This document shows, in pieces, positions 23,760-38,602 of a stretch of DNA of 64,000 bases. How positions within the stretch are numbered: the stretch's first letter is position 1; every line of letters starts with the position of its first letter. The position numbers and the translations under genes were made by a program. The notes under the pieces were generated by a model. It was given only the letters and a program-made list of their open reading frames with translations, made no database searches and was not told the origin of the DNA. The DNA comes from Adineta vaga (lineage: Eukaryota > Animalia > Rotifera): positions 7,564,001 through 7,628,000 of the forward strand of contig CP075492.1 of assembly GCA_021613535.1 (NCBI GenBank), written 5' to 3'.

Positions 23760-23869
23760 CATAAATCTACATTAATTTCTTCTTTTACTTTTTTGCTTCA
23801 TTTTTCATTGATACTAATCGAAACAAAGAAACATCCATACATCGAAAGTCAATCGTTATTCATACAAAA

Positions 23870-25950
23870 AAAAGACGAAAGAGAGAGAGACAGAGGCAGG
23901 AAGGAAGAATGATAAGGAACACAGACGTTGTATTGTACAAGAAGAGAAACGAAATAACGAAAGCTTCCGCTGCTCCTGCAGTTGGTCGTACTACTGCGAC
24001 TGATTGTGCTATTTTGATATACAATATAAAAGAAGGCACAGTCGAATCATGTAGTTAGAAAAGAAAGAATCATAAGATAGATATAGAATACGACAAGAAA
24101 GAACGAGGACGGAATATCGTCAAACGAATCTCTGGTGACGGTTGGTCTCATCGTCCTTGAAATAGCGTATGTATTCAATGCATTTGGGTATTTTTTTACT
24201 TCACTTGTCTGTTACAAAAAAAACGAAAACTGAAGAAAAGGAAAATTGATAATATGTAAAAAAAAAGAAAAGTGCGTCGATGTAAAAAAAAAAGGGAAGA
24301 ACATACACACAGATGCATACTCGGCGTCCAAAAGTTTATCCACGCCTTGTGCTGCTTTGCTGTACGCGTATCTCTCTCTCTCTCTCTCTCTCTGTCTTTC
24401 TCTTGTACGAAAGAAACAGGTAAGAATCGACATAGACAGAACAACAACAATGAAAAGAAAGGAAAAAAATACATTGACGACAACGTCGTGTAACGTAGAT
24501 AAAGATTCTCGTCGTGCGAAAGTAAATGTATGTGTGAGAGAGAGAGAGAACATAGTCATCTTTTTATAGGAAGAAAGTAATAGCAGTATGTAAGTATACA
24601 GGAGAAAGAAGGTGGATGATAGTGTATGCAACATGAGTAGCTGAATAAATAGACAAGACAAAAAACGAAGACGATGCATTGGAAGATATTTTTATGCATA
24701 TAGTATATCTCTTGTTACCTTGAGAGAAAAAACGAATTAACATATAGACAACTGGACGTTTTTTTCTCTCTCTTATCTTCTATCTATCTATCTATATCTA
24801 TATATATATATATAAATTTCACAGATTTATTTATTTAAATGGTTGGAGAATTTTATATTGAGTAATACAAGATATTTTTCTTGCTTTTTTTTGTTCCTCT
24901 TAATGTCATACATCATTTCCGTGAGGATTTTCTATGTGTGAATGTGTGCCTGTTTCTTTTTTTGCTCATGCATTTTGCTATTTTATCGTCGTTCTATTCG
25001 TTTTGTTCTCAGTCGGAGACAGAAAAAGTACAAAGAAGACTCACTGTTGAACACACACACACACCCACCCAATCGGTGAATGGCAGGAAAAAAGTCTATC
25101 CATGTCTCTGCGTGTGTGTGTGTGTGTGTTATACAACTCCTCGGTTTCTTTTTTTTCTATTCTATTTTTTTTCTCTCAACGACGAGCTAGACAGAATGGC
25201 AGAAGGGAACCTTGGAAATATGCACATACAAGCATTATACACGCAATTGTGAACATGATGACTAGAATAGAGAAGAGAAGAGAATAGAGAGAAAAGAAAA
25301 AAAGCGTTTGGACGAGCTTTTTTTTGTAGAAAGAAAGAAACATTACTATTGCGCTGTTCAATCCTAACCATGCTAGTAGCAAGCACGTCTTGGCGTCCTT
25401 CAAAAAAGTGCCTGTCTTTTTTCTTTCTTTCAGTTATATTGCAAGAGAAAGAAGAACTGTCCTGAACATCATCATCGTGAGAATCAACGAGTTAACAGCA
25501 ACTCTTGCTCTTGTTCTTATTCTTCTTCTTCTTCTTCTTCTTCTTCTCGTTCTCTCTGTCTCTCCTGATGATAGTAGTTGTGTGCTTATAGAATATGTTC
25601 ATACCCGACCGAAGAAAGGTTCGACGAGAATTTTTCTTCTCCCACCCCTTCTCTTTTTTTTCTATACACCCAACCCATTATTACATTGCATCTTCATACG
25701 TATTTTTTCATCATATATATTTTTTCCGCAAGGGTTAGAAAAAGTTGGATGAATGCGCGCAAGCGCAAACGAACGCGCAAAGAAGACCAGCGACATTGTC
25801 GCCCGCACTCTCTCCCGTCACTGAACAAATTCTAAGAAAAGAGAGATTTCTGATAATAAGATAGGCAGACAGAGAGTAAGACAAAAAAAACGCACTATGT
25901 CATTCTGGTTTTCTTCTCCCGTCTCTGTCTCTGTCTCTCACTTTCTATCT
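23870..25950. repeat. Microsatellite-rich non-coding region ((CT)n, (GA)n, (AT)n, (CA)n, (GT)n, (CTT)n)
   Basis: For example (CT)n at ~24372-24393, (AT)n ~24790-24813, (GT)n ~25112-25128, (CTT)n ~25519-25547. ORFs here are low-complexity artefacts. Confidence 0.7.
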
Positions 25951-26210
25951 GTATGTTAGTGTGTAAAACTATGATCAAAGTACGTTGACGACGCCATAGA
26001 AAAAAAGAAGAGAAGAAAAAAATGTTACCTGCGTATAAAGATTTTTATCAGTTGATGTTTGTTTTACACAGAGATATGAATCAACGAACGAGAAATGTAT
26101 TTCCGCTTTTTCTTCTAAGTTAGAAGAGATTACATAAACATGACGGTTCTTTTTATTACACCTAATGAAGTTTGAATGTTTTCGTTATTTTGTTTTTCTT
26201 TCCATTAGAA

Positions 26211-29200
26211 ATGACCACTGGAACAAGTATTAAAGATCGATGTCGACTTTGTTATATCCGATTAAAAGATTCTTCTTTATTCCATCAAAAACTCTGGTGT
26301 TCACAACATAATCATCGTATTTATAATATATATAAACGTCGTCCGTTTCGTTATCGTGATTTAATCGTTCGTTATCTATGTATAGATTTACCTGAAACTA
26401 ATCTTAATGATCATTATTCGAACGTCATTTGTGGAACATGTGCATCATCATTGACACAACTTGAAACAGCTTATCGAACATTTGATCAAACTCAAAAAAA
26501 TCTTCGATCAAAATTTCGAAAAACATCACAGATCAGTCGTTATCAAGTGGAAAAACAATTGAAAACTATTCAAACTAAATTATCCAATGAACAAAAATCA
26601 GTTGAACCAAAACGTTTATCAAAGCGTAAAGGTGCACCGAAACATATTAATCAAACATTAAATCATCAGAAAAAATCAACGAATAATGTGCAATTGATTG
26701 TTAAATTGTCATCATCTAATACTCATGATGATGATGTTGATGATGATGATGATGATAGTAATAATAATGATAATGATAATGACGAAGATGAAATAATACA
26801 ATCTGTACAGAGTCAAAATTTACTTTCATCATTACCAACGAAACGAAGAAGTCCTAGAAGAAAACTTGAAATATTAATGGAAGCAACTAATCAAAAAAAG
26901 AAATTTAAACATTCAACGAAAGATTCGGAATTATCTGTAAGAAATACATCTGATACATCGAATAAGGAATCTTATAATTGTATTAATCTTCTCAAATCGA
27001 GTACTTCAACTGATACATCGAGTCATAATCTTCCTGCACTTAATTTAACAACACCCGGTTCCAGTACAATTTCTTCGTCAATATTAAATAGTCGACCATT
27101 CAACTCGGTGAAAGGCAATCATATCGAACGAATTGCTGTTTCTCTACTATCCGTATGTTGATTTATCAGATAGATTTCTCTCTTTTGCTTATTTATATCT
27201 TACCTGGATTTAACCTCGGATTAGAGATACAAAAAATTAGATTCGTTCTCGGTCATACTGATTGAAAAGAACTGATCAGAATTATAGATTATTAGTAGAG
27301 GGAATAATTCGAAAAAAGAAAGGATAAATAGTTGATTACATTTCTGCATCGAAATAGAGTAGTAAGAACCACGTGATATTTTCACTATCGAATCAGTTTA
27401 TCCGAGATTAACTTCAATGTCGATATGAAGTTATTCAGCTTATTAATTCTACCTTGCTATACTCATTTCTCTTTAGAAATTAATTTTCAATGTCATTCTT
27501 TTTTCTCTCAGCATACAAAAGAAAATTATAGCGTTAAGAATATATTTCATATGAAAATCCTATATAGATTTAGTGAGAGGGATGAAAGAAAGTTTTCTGT
27601 TGACACTTATTTGCTAGTCTATTTTTGTGAACTTTTTATGAAACAATCGAAAACGTTAAGTGATGACTTTTTTTCCACTCTCTCGATCTTGAGTGGTTAA
27701 TTATGATATTATAAGAGGCATCAATGATCACTTATTCCGTCATTTAGAACTGAATGTTAGATTGATGTTCATTGAGTTTTAGAATGTCTATTCTTTTCAA
27801 CCTTTTATGATGAAACAAAATTTCATATTCTTTGTTTTCTATTTAATAGGGAACCGACAGTCAATCTGATAGTAGTATTAATAATTTCAATCTATCCAAT
27901 GGTACCAGCAATGATACAACATTCGATCAAAGTAAGTTATTTCTTTTTTTTAAATTTTTTGTAAATACTAAAAAAATAAATCAAACTCTTAGTATTACGA
28001 AAAGGATGAGGTAAGCGCGCATGAGTTTGAATTGAGAAGCATGCTTACTATGCACTGTTTTCTTACATAATTTTATTGAAATTCTTTTTTTCCAAAAAGA
28101 TTCATCTAAATCTCGTGGACGTCGAAAACCAACAGCAGTCACCACTACCACCACCACCACTCCTTTAGAAGTGACGACAACAAATAATATTCTATCGACA
28201 AATTATAACAATGTTGCAACAATTCTTTCACCATTATTAGATGAAGCCGATGAAGATGCACTTTCGATTGGTGATGCAAGTAACGATAGTTCAATTGCTA
28301 GTATCAATGGTATGCAAAGGAATGGAGGAAATATTCCTAATGTAAACAAACATTTAGCATCGACAATATCAGCTACACCGACAGCAGAAGGTTTAACAAT
28401 AACAGCAATTAATAATAAAGGACAAAAACAAGTTTTTATGGCAAAACAATTAGGAAACTTGAAGAAATATCAATGTGGATTATGTGAGAAAGTTGTGACT
28501 AACATTCAAATACATGTTAGACGACATACCAATGATAAGCCTTATCCATGGTAATTCTAATTTGTTTGCTTTTTCTTTCTTCACAAACAAAATAACCAGT
28601 CGATGTGTTTGTTTGTTTTTAGTACTTATTGTGAAAAACGATTTACAAATTCAGGAGATCTTCAAATTCATGTTCGAATTCATACAGTAAGTTTTCAATA
28701 ATGAAAACATCATAAAGATATGAAAGAAAGAATGATTTCAATTTAATTTTATCTAGGGTGAAAAACCATATGCATGTCCATTATGCTTGAAGAGTTACCG
28801 AACGATAGGTAATTTCAATAGTCATGTTAAAACTCATGATTCTGGTGTTCGTCCACATCGATGTGAATTATGTGATCAAGTATTTCCCATACCAAAAGAT
28901 TGGTATTCGCATTTACGTTCAAGTCATCGTTCTCGAATACCAAATAATAATCTTCCGACAAGTACACCACCAACAACAACAACAACGACAACAAATACAA
29001 ATTCAACATTAAATTCTACTAATGCGACAACAACAGTAACTCAGCCATTATTTTCTAATGCCTTATCCAGTCAACAACAACATAATGAAATATTTGTTCC
29101 AAATAAAATGAAATTAGAACCAATAAATCGTTCACAATTAATCATTAAGTCATCCAATGGTGATGATCAAGAACCTGTGAATATGTCGAAAAAAGAGAAT

Positions 29201-29344
29201 TCAAATGATCATGATGATGAAGATGAAAACGATGAGAATGATATTGCTGATGGTGACGAAGAGAATGAAGAAGAGGAAGAAGTAAATCATCATCAATCAA
29301 CACATAATTTACTAACGAATGTCTCATCACCTGTTCAAGTTTAA
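26211..29344 (+). CDS. C2H2 zinc-finger transcription factor (4 fingers) with an N-terminal zf-AD/ZAD-like domain, multi-exon
   Basis: N-terminal CRLC...ICGTC followed by a helix. Spliced fingers CGLC..HVRRH, CTYC..HVRIH, CPLC..HVKTH and CELC..HLRSSH with TNDKPY/TGEKPY linkers. Acidic and Thr-rich low-complexity regions. Confidence 0.9.
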
Positions 29345-30239
29345 TGAAAAAAAAAACTAGTCATTTTAAATTCTATGAGTTCCTTTCATTTGTGAACAGT
29401 ATTGAGAAACTAAACGATGAATCAAAAACTAAAACATCGTGTATATGAAAATGAACAGCCAAGCTAGTCTTTCGTTTGTGATTGATGTCTATTCTTTTCT
29501 TTTCTTCTTTTTATGTCGTGATTTTTGTAGCGCAATATATTCTGTATTATTTTCTCTCTATTGTTTGTTTTGTTTTATCGTTGTTTCAAACTGACGCAAA
29601 TTGTATATTGATTCTCCTTTCTTTCTCTCTATTCTATAGGTGAATAAAGTCTGAACTGTATTTCCTATTCCTATTTGTTGTTGTATGTTCTGGTCATTTC
29701 TTTTTATTGTGTGAATGATTTCTATATATATATAAATATATTCATTTGGGTCAATGATTGGGTTTTTTTTCGATAGATACGAATAGACATCCTAGTCGAT
29801 GTAAGAGAATTTATTTGAATTATCTATGTTTTGCATTTGTATCTGACCGTAATTTTTCTTTTTATTGGAATAAGAACATTATATCTGTCCTTACTAAATA
29901 TACTTTACTCCAATATGTGAAGACAAAGTCATTCTACATTTCATTCTAAGCTGAAAAGATTGACTAGAAAGAAACAGTACATTCTAGTGCTGATAAACAT
30001 AGTGAAATATTCCATAGTTTAATTTACGATTATTTTCTTTTATCGCCTAGATACTTTTGTCTCTTCGTTTTTTTTATTATTATTGACATTGTTCTTATGG
30101 AAATGAAATGATTTTTGATATTTTCTAAAATTAATTCATTGTTAAACTGATCTATGTAGGATATCATATCACATATAAGGTATAGAAAAGGAAGAAAAAA
30201 GTATTATAGTCATCAGGCGGTTATTTTCGTGATTAAAGA

Positions 30240-31691
30240 TCATAGAATATCACCATTATTGTTATTTTTTGAGATGTCTGTTATTTGTGATCGTGATGGA
30301 AGTAATGAACTATATTGTTGAGATTGATGTGTTCTTCGTGGTTGATCAGAATTTAGATGATTACGTTCATCTATCATACAAAAATGTTTGTAGAGTTTAT
30401 CAATGATTTCACCAACGATAATATCTTGACCGTTTCGAGCCAATAATCGAATAGCAAAACAACCATCTTCTTGTAAATAATCTCGAACAAAAGTTCTATT
30501 TCGATGTTTTTCAGCCAATCTTTCATCATCAGACTTCACATATCCATCTGAAGAGTTAACTTGTAATGCACGATTCATAGCTAATTTTCGTCGAACATAT
30601 GCAGAACGACTATCTACACGTAAAATACGTAGTAACCAGGAAATAAAATCACAGATATTAAAAGTAGCTAAGAGTATAATCCAAAACCATAGGATAAGAA
30701 AAATCTTTTCATTAAATAAATTTATTGGTAAAACACACTGGACAGTATAACGATGAATAATACCAATTTCTCGAATATGAAAATCACATAATGTTACACG
30801 TGGAAATCGTTTTGATTCGCCCCAATCTAGGCCACGTAGAAATTTAACAATAACTTCAATACCAAATAAATGATAATCATTACCCAAGAAAGCATTTAAT
30901 AGAAATATTTGTACTAATGAATTGAATAGAAATAAGAATTTGACGAATGTAAATAGTATAACAATAAATGAACTTAAATGACGATGACGCCAAAATGTCA
31001 CATTATACCAGAATTTTTTAGCACCATTTCTTTGATCATTCACCTGTTGTGCTGGAGAATGATAACGATTTTCAATATAAACACGTATAGTGTTGACAAT
31101 ATAATCGACTGTTTTCTCTCGTTCTTCTACTTGTTGTTCTTGTTTCAGAGCGGCTTCAACTAATTTTTCAATATCTAAACCAGATTTATTATTCAATGAT
31201 CTCCATAGCATACGTGGAAAATAAAAACATAGTGCCATAAATAACAGAATAAATGGTGACCATTGATAATATTTCAACATACCTAAAAGGAAAAAAAAAC
31301 AGATTTATTCTCTATGATAAATATTTTCGAAAATCGAATCTTACGTTCATATCGTATTGTTTCTGCATGTGGTATATCATGTTCCATTGGAACATAGTAC
31401 GTATTCATAATCCAACAAATATCATTAGCATATTTTTCATAACCACCTGTAAATTGTGCAGGAACCTAAATCAAATAAAAGCTAATAGAGAAAATTTTTA
31501 ACAAGAGAATTCTCTTTTACCCAACATGTTATTGGTGAACCAAAATATTGTTGTGTAGTAATAATGGCAGCAAATACTAAAATCATTGTAACCGTATATC
31601 GATGATTAAGTCGATCAATAAAAACATCATCATTTTTAACTGAATGATGTTTTCCAGCATTTAATTTCGTCGCAAAACTCAATAAATCCAT
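30240..31691 (-). CDS. Innexin (gap junction protein), 3 coding exons
   Basis: DD.FIDRLNHRYT, GSPITCW|VPAQF, YANDICW, YYQW, FPRVTLCDF and QCVLPINLFNEKIF are innexin signatures. Confidence 0.97.
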
Positions 31692-34112
31692 TGTTAATCA
31701 ATTTATATATTATTTTAATCAAAAAATAGAAGGAAAAATAAATGTCATGGTAATATTATTGTAGATAATATAAAATCAAAAGATTAATACAATTTTCTCA
31801 TCTTGTCGAACAAGTGAATGCCATTCATTGCGTTTTTTTTCGTTTCTTATCCATGATTTTTCTTTGTTCTTACTTACAATGATCATATTACAGGTAAAAT
31901 AAAGACGAAACGAAAGATAATTTTATCAACATATACACGTTTCTGTTGTTCAATCGTTTTCTCCTATTACTCCATCACTCACCTTGCTTCGAGTTTTGTA
32001 CCTGTGTATAAAACAAGTTTTGGTTATACTCAAGAGTTTACAACATTAAAGATAATGAAAATGATCTTTTATGACCTGTATATCGTGAACTGAATTTGTG
32101 AAGGTATATCGAATAAAATGTCCTTCTCTCTCTCTCGCATAGGAAACACAAAATAATACCACAAACGTGTTGGGTATTAGTAAATGTATATCAGATACAG
32201 GCATACAAAGCAAATAGAGAGCTTTGAAAAAAAATACGAAGGAAAATAGAAAAAGAAAAAAAACACAAAAAATCCTTCTTCTTCTTCGTCTTCTTTTCTT
32301 CTGTCATCAACCAATAGACTAAAAAGGACAGTCTTATTTCGTACTCGAAAGATAAAGTTGAAAGACAGAATAAATTGACGATGACATGAATAAATACATG
32401 CTTGCAATCAAGCACATCATTCATTTCGTTGACGTTCGATGGATTAAATTTCAAATAAAGATCCCTCGTCGGTCTATTTGCCATTAAAGAAAAAACAATG
32501 ATCTTTGTTCTTCTTTCAAAATACACCAAGGTCACTGCTTCGGTTTTTCTTCTTCAAAGATGAATAGAAGAAAAAAAAACATAAATTAAATCGTATAGTT
32601 ATCGGAATAAAATATCATTACAAAGCAAAGCATATAAATCTTAGGAAGGTTTATTTGACATCTGAAAAGATTTTCTATTGATTTAGTCAACAAATTTTTT
32701 GTGACAAAATACATATCAGTTACACAGAAGAAAACGGAAAGATAGATACATCATTATCATCGATTAACTATTTTCCAAGTTCGGTCAACTGAATGAATGA
32801 TAGATTTTTCAACATTTCAATAATATCATCCTTTTAATTAGTATTTGTGCACGAGATTCGGTTTGTGAAAGTAGTTCAAATAATTTTTCAATTTGTATGA
32901 TTTTCACAGTCGAATAATTTCAGTTCATATACATGAATGAAAAAACAACCAGTAAATGAATAACGGAAACTATTGATCATTTTTGAACAGTTATAAGTTA
33001 TTCGGATTGTTCAATTTAACAGTTTAGGATATGATAGAATATCATATAAAAGATCTATCTTCTGTGTAATTCATGAATATTTTCAAGTGATTCAATAATA
33101 AACAGTAGAAGAAAGCATCCATTATAACAATTACAATAACAACATCACAATTCAGATTCTATCGTGTTCAATTGTCTACTCTCCTACTTTTTGATCCACC
33201 CACGTTTCCTGTTTTACACTTTCACCTAGTTCAAGATCTACAATGTCGATGTTTTTGTACAACAAACAAATCATTATTTAGATTTCTCTCTGATCGATAT
33301 CACAAAATATGATTTCCCATAGTATTTGACCTTTGCCTGCAAACTTCGTCTCGTTTATTGATTTCTAGGAAAATAATTTTTCCTATTAACAGTATTGTTT
33401 CAACTAGCTAGACTTTTAGAATACTCATTCCATCAAATGTCTCGATAAAAAGAAAAAAGTATTTCTTTTTAAAAGAAAGAACTTTAATTATTTGTTCAAC
33501 TTCTCGTAATGTTGGCTGTTTTTTTTCAGCGTATATCATCAACTCCAATCAAAACTTAGCATTTAAAAAAATGATGATTTTAAAAAAACTAGAAATTTTG
33601 TTCTTTTTTCCTCTCTTTTGTCTTAAAAATGCATTTTTGTCATGAACGACGACGACCATCCATCGAGTTAATATATTTTCTTTATTCGATGACAAATATT
33701 TTTTTCAAAGATACACTAAGGAATTGTTAAATAGCCTTTTTTTCCCATTGACGCAGTTGCCTTTCTTCCTTTTTTTGGAATCTATCGACGTCAGCACTTG
33801 GTCCTGGCAAATGTTATTTTGTTGAAAGAAACTCGTTCACAATCTTAAGAAAAAAACAATTTTAGTTTTTAATGTATTCTCCTGCTACTACCTTCTCATA
33901 GATGAAAAATAATAAGAGAGAGAGAGAGAAAATGAGAAAACAAAGAAAAAAGTAATTTAACTATATAAGAAAAAGACATTTCTCAGAGGAGATAGCTTGT
34001 GTACGTCAATAGAAAAAAGCGAGAAGTAGGTAAAGGTGAGAAAAATTGCTTTTTTCAAATATTACTTTAGGAAGTATTGTAGACTGTGCAACAAAAGTAA
34101 AAAAACATTAAT

Positions 34113-37100
34113 ATGACCAGCAAAACACCAACATCATATGCCAATCCAGCTTTCGATGAAGAACCAGCTGGCGTTCGAAATAGTGGTGGACCAAGTCCAA
34201 TGGGTTCGAATATTTTCATTGTTAAACCAGATGATGCAAAAAAAAGTCGTTCACATCCCGAACCGAATCGTCATGATCCTGTTACAAAGAAAAATTTCGG
34301 ATGGACTATTCTTCGTGGCATTCGTTGTATGTAGTGATGTATTTGGAAGAGATTCATTTCTATATTCAATATTTTTAGCTCTTTGGGCAACTCGACAAAC
34401 AGAAAAAGATCTTCGAAAAAACAAAGATTTATATGTGAAAACAACCATTCGAGAATTGATTCTCTATTTGGTTTTCATTACTATCTTATGCATCAGTAAG
34501 AACCTTTTTCTTTCGACTCGTCTGACTTTTATTGACATTACTTTTTCTTTTATTTAATTTAAGTTACTTTCGGCATGACATCAACAAAAACATATTATTT
34601 TACAACGGTTTTACGGACAATCTTTACAGAACGTAAAGCCAGCGGTATTGGTGATCGACCAACCTATGATGATATTGCAAATTTCGATGATTTTTGGGAT
34701 GTAAGATCAGATTTCTTTTATAGATTCTAAATCAGAATAAAAAAATAATTTTTAGATTACAAGTGGACCAATACTCAATGGACTTTACGATCAAACATGG
34801 TACAATGGAGAAAATTTAACAGCCGATCAATATGGTTATGTTTTATTTGAAAACAAAATTCTCGGTTTACCACGTCTTCGACAACTTCGAGTAAGACAAA
34901 TGAGTTTTTTTCAGTTTTCCCTAAATATCTATTTATATAAAGGTCACCAATCATTCATGTGTGGTTCATAAAAAATTTCAATCGACAATTCCTGATTGTT
35001 ACGGACCGTATAGTGGCAGCAACGAAGATCGTCGTACATATGGACCAACGAATGATACAGTTACACCAACCGCGTAAGACTGTGCTATCTTCTATATTTC
35101 CAATGTAATCTTTTCTATTTGCGACCGTTAGATGGCAATATCAAACATCCAGTCAACTTCGTGGATCATCATCAAGTGGTTTAATTTCTCGATATGGTGG
35201 TGGTGGTTTTGTTCAAGATTTAACAACAAATTATAATGACGCTTCTAATGAAGTAGCTGATTTAAATGCAAATCTTTGGATTGATCGTGGTACACGTGTA
35301 GTCTTTTTGGATTTCACTGTCTACAATGCAAATATCAATTTATTTTGTCAAATTAAATTAACTGTTGAATTTCCCGCATCAGGTGGTGCAGTTCCATCAA
35401 AATCATTTTCAACAGTCAAATTGATTCGTGTAAGTAATCACTCAACAACAAAAATCTACTCAATATCTAAGAATACTTTTGAATCGTGTAGTATGTTTCA
35501 TCAATGGATTATTTCGTCTTAGCATGTGAAATCTTATTCATTATCTTTACAGTTTATTACACAGTCGAAGAAATTCTTGAAGTAAGAAAGATTTATTTGT
35601 TTAAACTTTTTTCATGAACTAATTGATTTTAATATGTCAGATTAAACATTATCGATTCCATTACTTCAAAGGAATCTGGAACGTTCTTGATATTATTATT
35701 ATCTTAATTTCATATATTTGCGTTGCTTTCAATCTCTATCGTCAACAGAAAGTTGGACAAATTCTTGATGAATTATTAAAAAATCAAAATAGTTTTGCTG
35801 ATTTCGAATTTCTTACATACTGGCAAATTCAATTCAATAACGTTGTCGCTTTTGCTGTTTTTCTTGCATGGATTAAAGTAAGTTCTTTTAGTTTCTTTTC
35901 TCATGAACAGATTTTACATATGAAATATTTAGATCTTCAAATATGTTTCATTCAATAAAACAATGACACAATTATCAACAACATTATCGCGATGTGCGAA
36001 AGATGTACTCGGATTTAGTGTCATGTTTATGATTGTATTTTTGGCATATGCACAATTGGGTTATTTATTATTTGGAACCATGGTTGATGATTATAAAACA
36101 TTCGCCATTTCGATGTAAGTCTATTTGTTTGATTGAATTGTTCATATGAAATTGAATTCTTTTCTTTTAGCTTTACTCTCTTTCGTATCATTTTGGGTGA
36201 TTTTGATTTTAATGGTAAAGTTGAAATTTTATGAATTTTGAATCATTCTATTTTATTCTTCTATTAGCTATTTTGGAAGCTCATCGTATTCTTGGACCAA
36301 TCTTCTTTTTGACTTATGTCTTCTTTGTCTTCTTTGTCTTATTGAACATGTTTTTGGCTATTATTAATGATACCTATTCCGAAGTTAAAAGTGATATGAC
36401 AACACAAAAATCTGAATTCGAATTAGGAGATTATTTCAAAAGATCTTATGATAAAATGCTTGAACGATTGAATGTTAAACGTGATGTAAGAAAAAGATTT
36501 GAGAGTATTTTAGTACAAACAAAATACTTTGATTCGTTTAGCGTATTATTGAAATTCAAAATGCATTGAAGAGTGCTGATGTCAACAAAGATGGTGTTAT
36601 TGAAGTAAGTTATTGATAGGTTTGTTTTCAATGGAAAATGTATGAATACGATCTAGTTTGATGAATGGCGTCGTGATTTGAAAGCTCGTGGTTATACAGA
36701 TGTTGAAATCGAAAATGTCTTTTCACGTTATGATACTGATGGTGATCGGGTTCTTCGCGATGCTGAACAACGTCGTTTTCATGCTGATTTAGCTGCACAA
36801 GAAAATAATTTAGATATGGATATTCAAGATTTGAATGAGTCGCAAGTTGCTCAGTAAGACTAATGTTCTTTTTTTGAGAACAAACGACGTTTTAATATAA
36901 ATGAATTTTAGAAAAGTAAATCCAGTTACAGGAGCAGGAGTAAGTGCAACCGGTGGTAATGGAGGCAATGAGGGTGATAATATCAATCGTATAACTTATG
37001 ATGAATTTGCAATATTAGTACGACGTATCGATCGTATGGAATATTCGATTGGAAATATTGTTTCACGAGTAAAGATTGAATTTTGTTGTTTCTTTGCAAT

Positions 37101-37483
37101 TAAGATAATTAATTTGTCGAATGAATTTAGATTGATGGCGTTTTAACTAAATTAGAAACATTAGAAAAAGGTAAAATGAAACGGCGTGAAGCATTAACAA
37201 AAATACTTAACAGTATTGCTGAAGTAAGTGTTAATAGAAAATATTGGAGAAAAAAAAACCTTTTTTGTTTTATTAGGATAATGAAATGAGCAAAGAAATG
37301 AAACAAGAACGCTTAGAAAAAATGATTCGAGATGAACTTGAAGAAAGTAATTCTGATCGTCAAACACCTGTTCAAAGTTTACTTACATCAACACCAGGCG
37401 CACCAGGAAGTGGACATGCAAGTCAACAAGATAAATCATCACGTCGTCATAGCCCAACAAGTGCCGGTGGTTCAAAATATTAA
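34113..37483 (+). CDS. PKD2: Polycystin-2 (TRPP2) cation channel, multi-exon
   Basis: [14 protein letters not shown]|[37 protein letters not shown], pore [31 protein letters not shown]; two EF-hand loops (DVNKDG, DTDGDR); coiled coil [16 protein letters not shown]. Confidence 0.96.
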
Positions 37484-37639
37484 AAGAAAAAGCAAGAACT
37501 CTTTGTGAATACAATGTCCAATACGTTTAACGTACATATATAAATAATATATATTTTAATCCAATATTCTAAAACAGCTTTTTTGTCTCGTTAGTGAAGC
37601 AATATTTTCTTTTGATCACATAAATAAATATATTTATCA

Positions 37640-38492
37640 TCATGATTATTCTATTCGAAAATATTTGTCTTTAAATATTGAAGAAAAATCTATTCGACAA
37701 GATAGTATCTGTCTGCAAATTCAAAAACATATTTTTACGGGCATTCGATCTTGTGTAGGTGTATCTTGACAATAAATCATGTTTCAATTTAATATATCAT
37801 TACAAAATTCTTTTCAACAAAAAGCGAATATGATTCTTCGATTATGACTAACATATTGCCATTCGAAAGAAAAGATGACATTCAATTAAATCAATACATC
37901 CCTCTCAAAAACTAATAATAATTACCTTCAACTAGTTCAACATATTGATAAAATACATATCTTTCCAATCTTGACTCAACAAGATATTGACCTTCCATCT
38001 TTTCATCATATATACTCGAAACTAGTTATTTATGTATCTGTATGCACTATTACGCTGTTAAAAAAGATAATATTTATCTACCTACTTGTATAACGAGGCG
38101 AGCTTTCTCTTTATTACTCATTGCTTACTCTTTTTTTCTGTACAACCATTTCGTTTCTCCATGATTATTGGTTTCGATAGAATATGTTTTTCATCGGAAT
38201 ATCAATCCCCTTTGTTGGCATTTTATTAGTGATCTTCTTTGGTTTATCCAATACTCGAAATATACTCGTTCATCAATTACTTATTAAACTGAAGAAACCT
38301 CAATCATTACAATACACTACAAACAATCATTCATCAACTTCATATTTAGCGATTCCAATGACTTCGATACCATTAGACGACGATGAAGATTTAATGAAAT
38401 ATGATCTTTCATCGAAATTTTCTGAAACGACTTCAATTGAATTACGTTTAGAACAAGACCTTGATTCTGACAACGATATTATTGACAATTAA
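37640..38492 (+). pseudogene. Fragmentary membrane-protein gene or remnant
   Basis: ORF 38184-38492 has a TM helix and an acidic tail. Upstream coding-like stretches (~37640-38070) are broken by a frameshift in an A-run at ~37907. No clear start or family. Confidence 0.35.
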
Positions 38493-38602
38493 TCAATTGT
38501 ACTTTTTTTATTTATTCAATCCAAACGAAAAGAACAAAAAAAAGAAGGTTAAGAATTTCTATAAAAAAAAGAAAAAATAAGATTCATTTTCTCTCTCACA
38601 TT

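Noticed and set aside
24196-25835. Cluster of 60-155 aa ORFs on both strands
   Set aside because: Derived from microsatellites and poly-purine/pyrimidine tracts (ERERER, LSLSLS, LLLLL); no domain signal.
33755-33815. RFX X-box upstream of the ciliary gene PKD2
   Set aside because: Only partial half-sites (GTTGCC, TGGCAA) that are not correctly paired.
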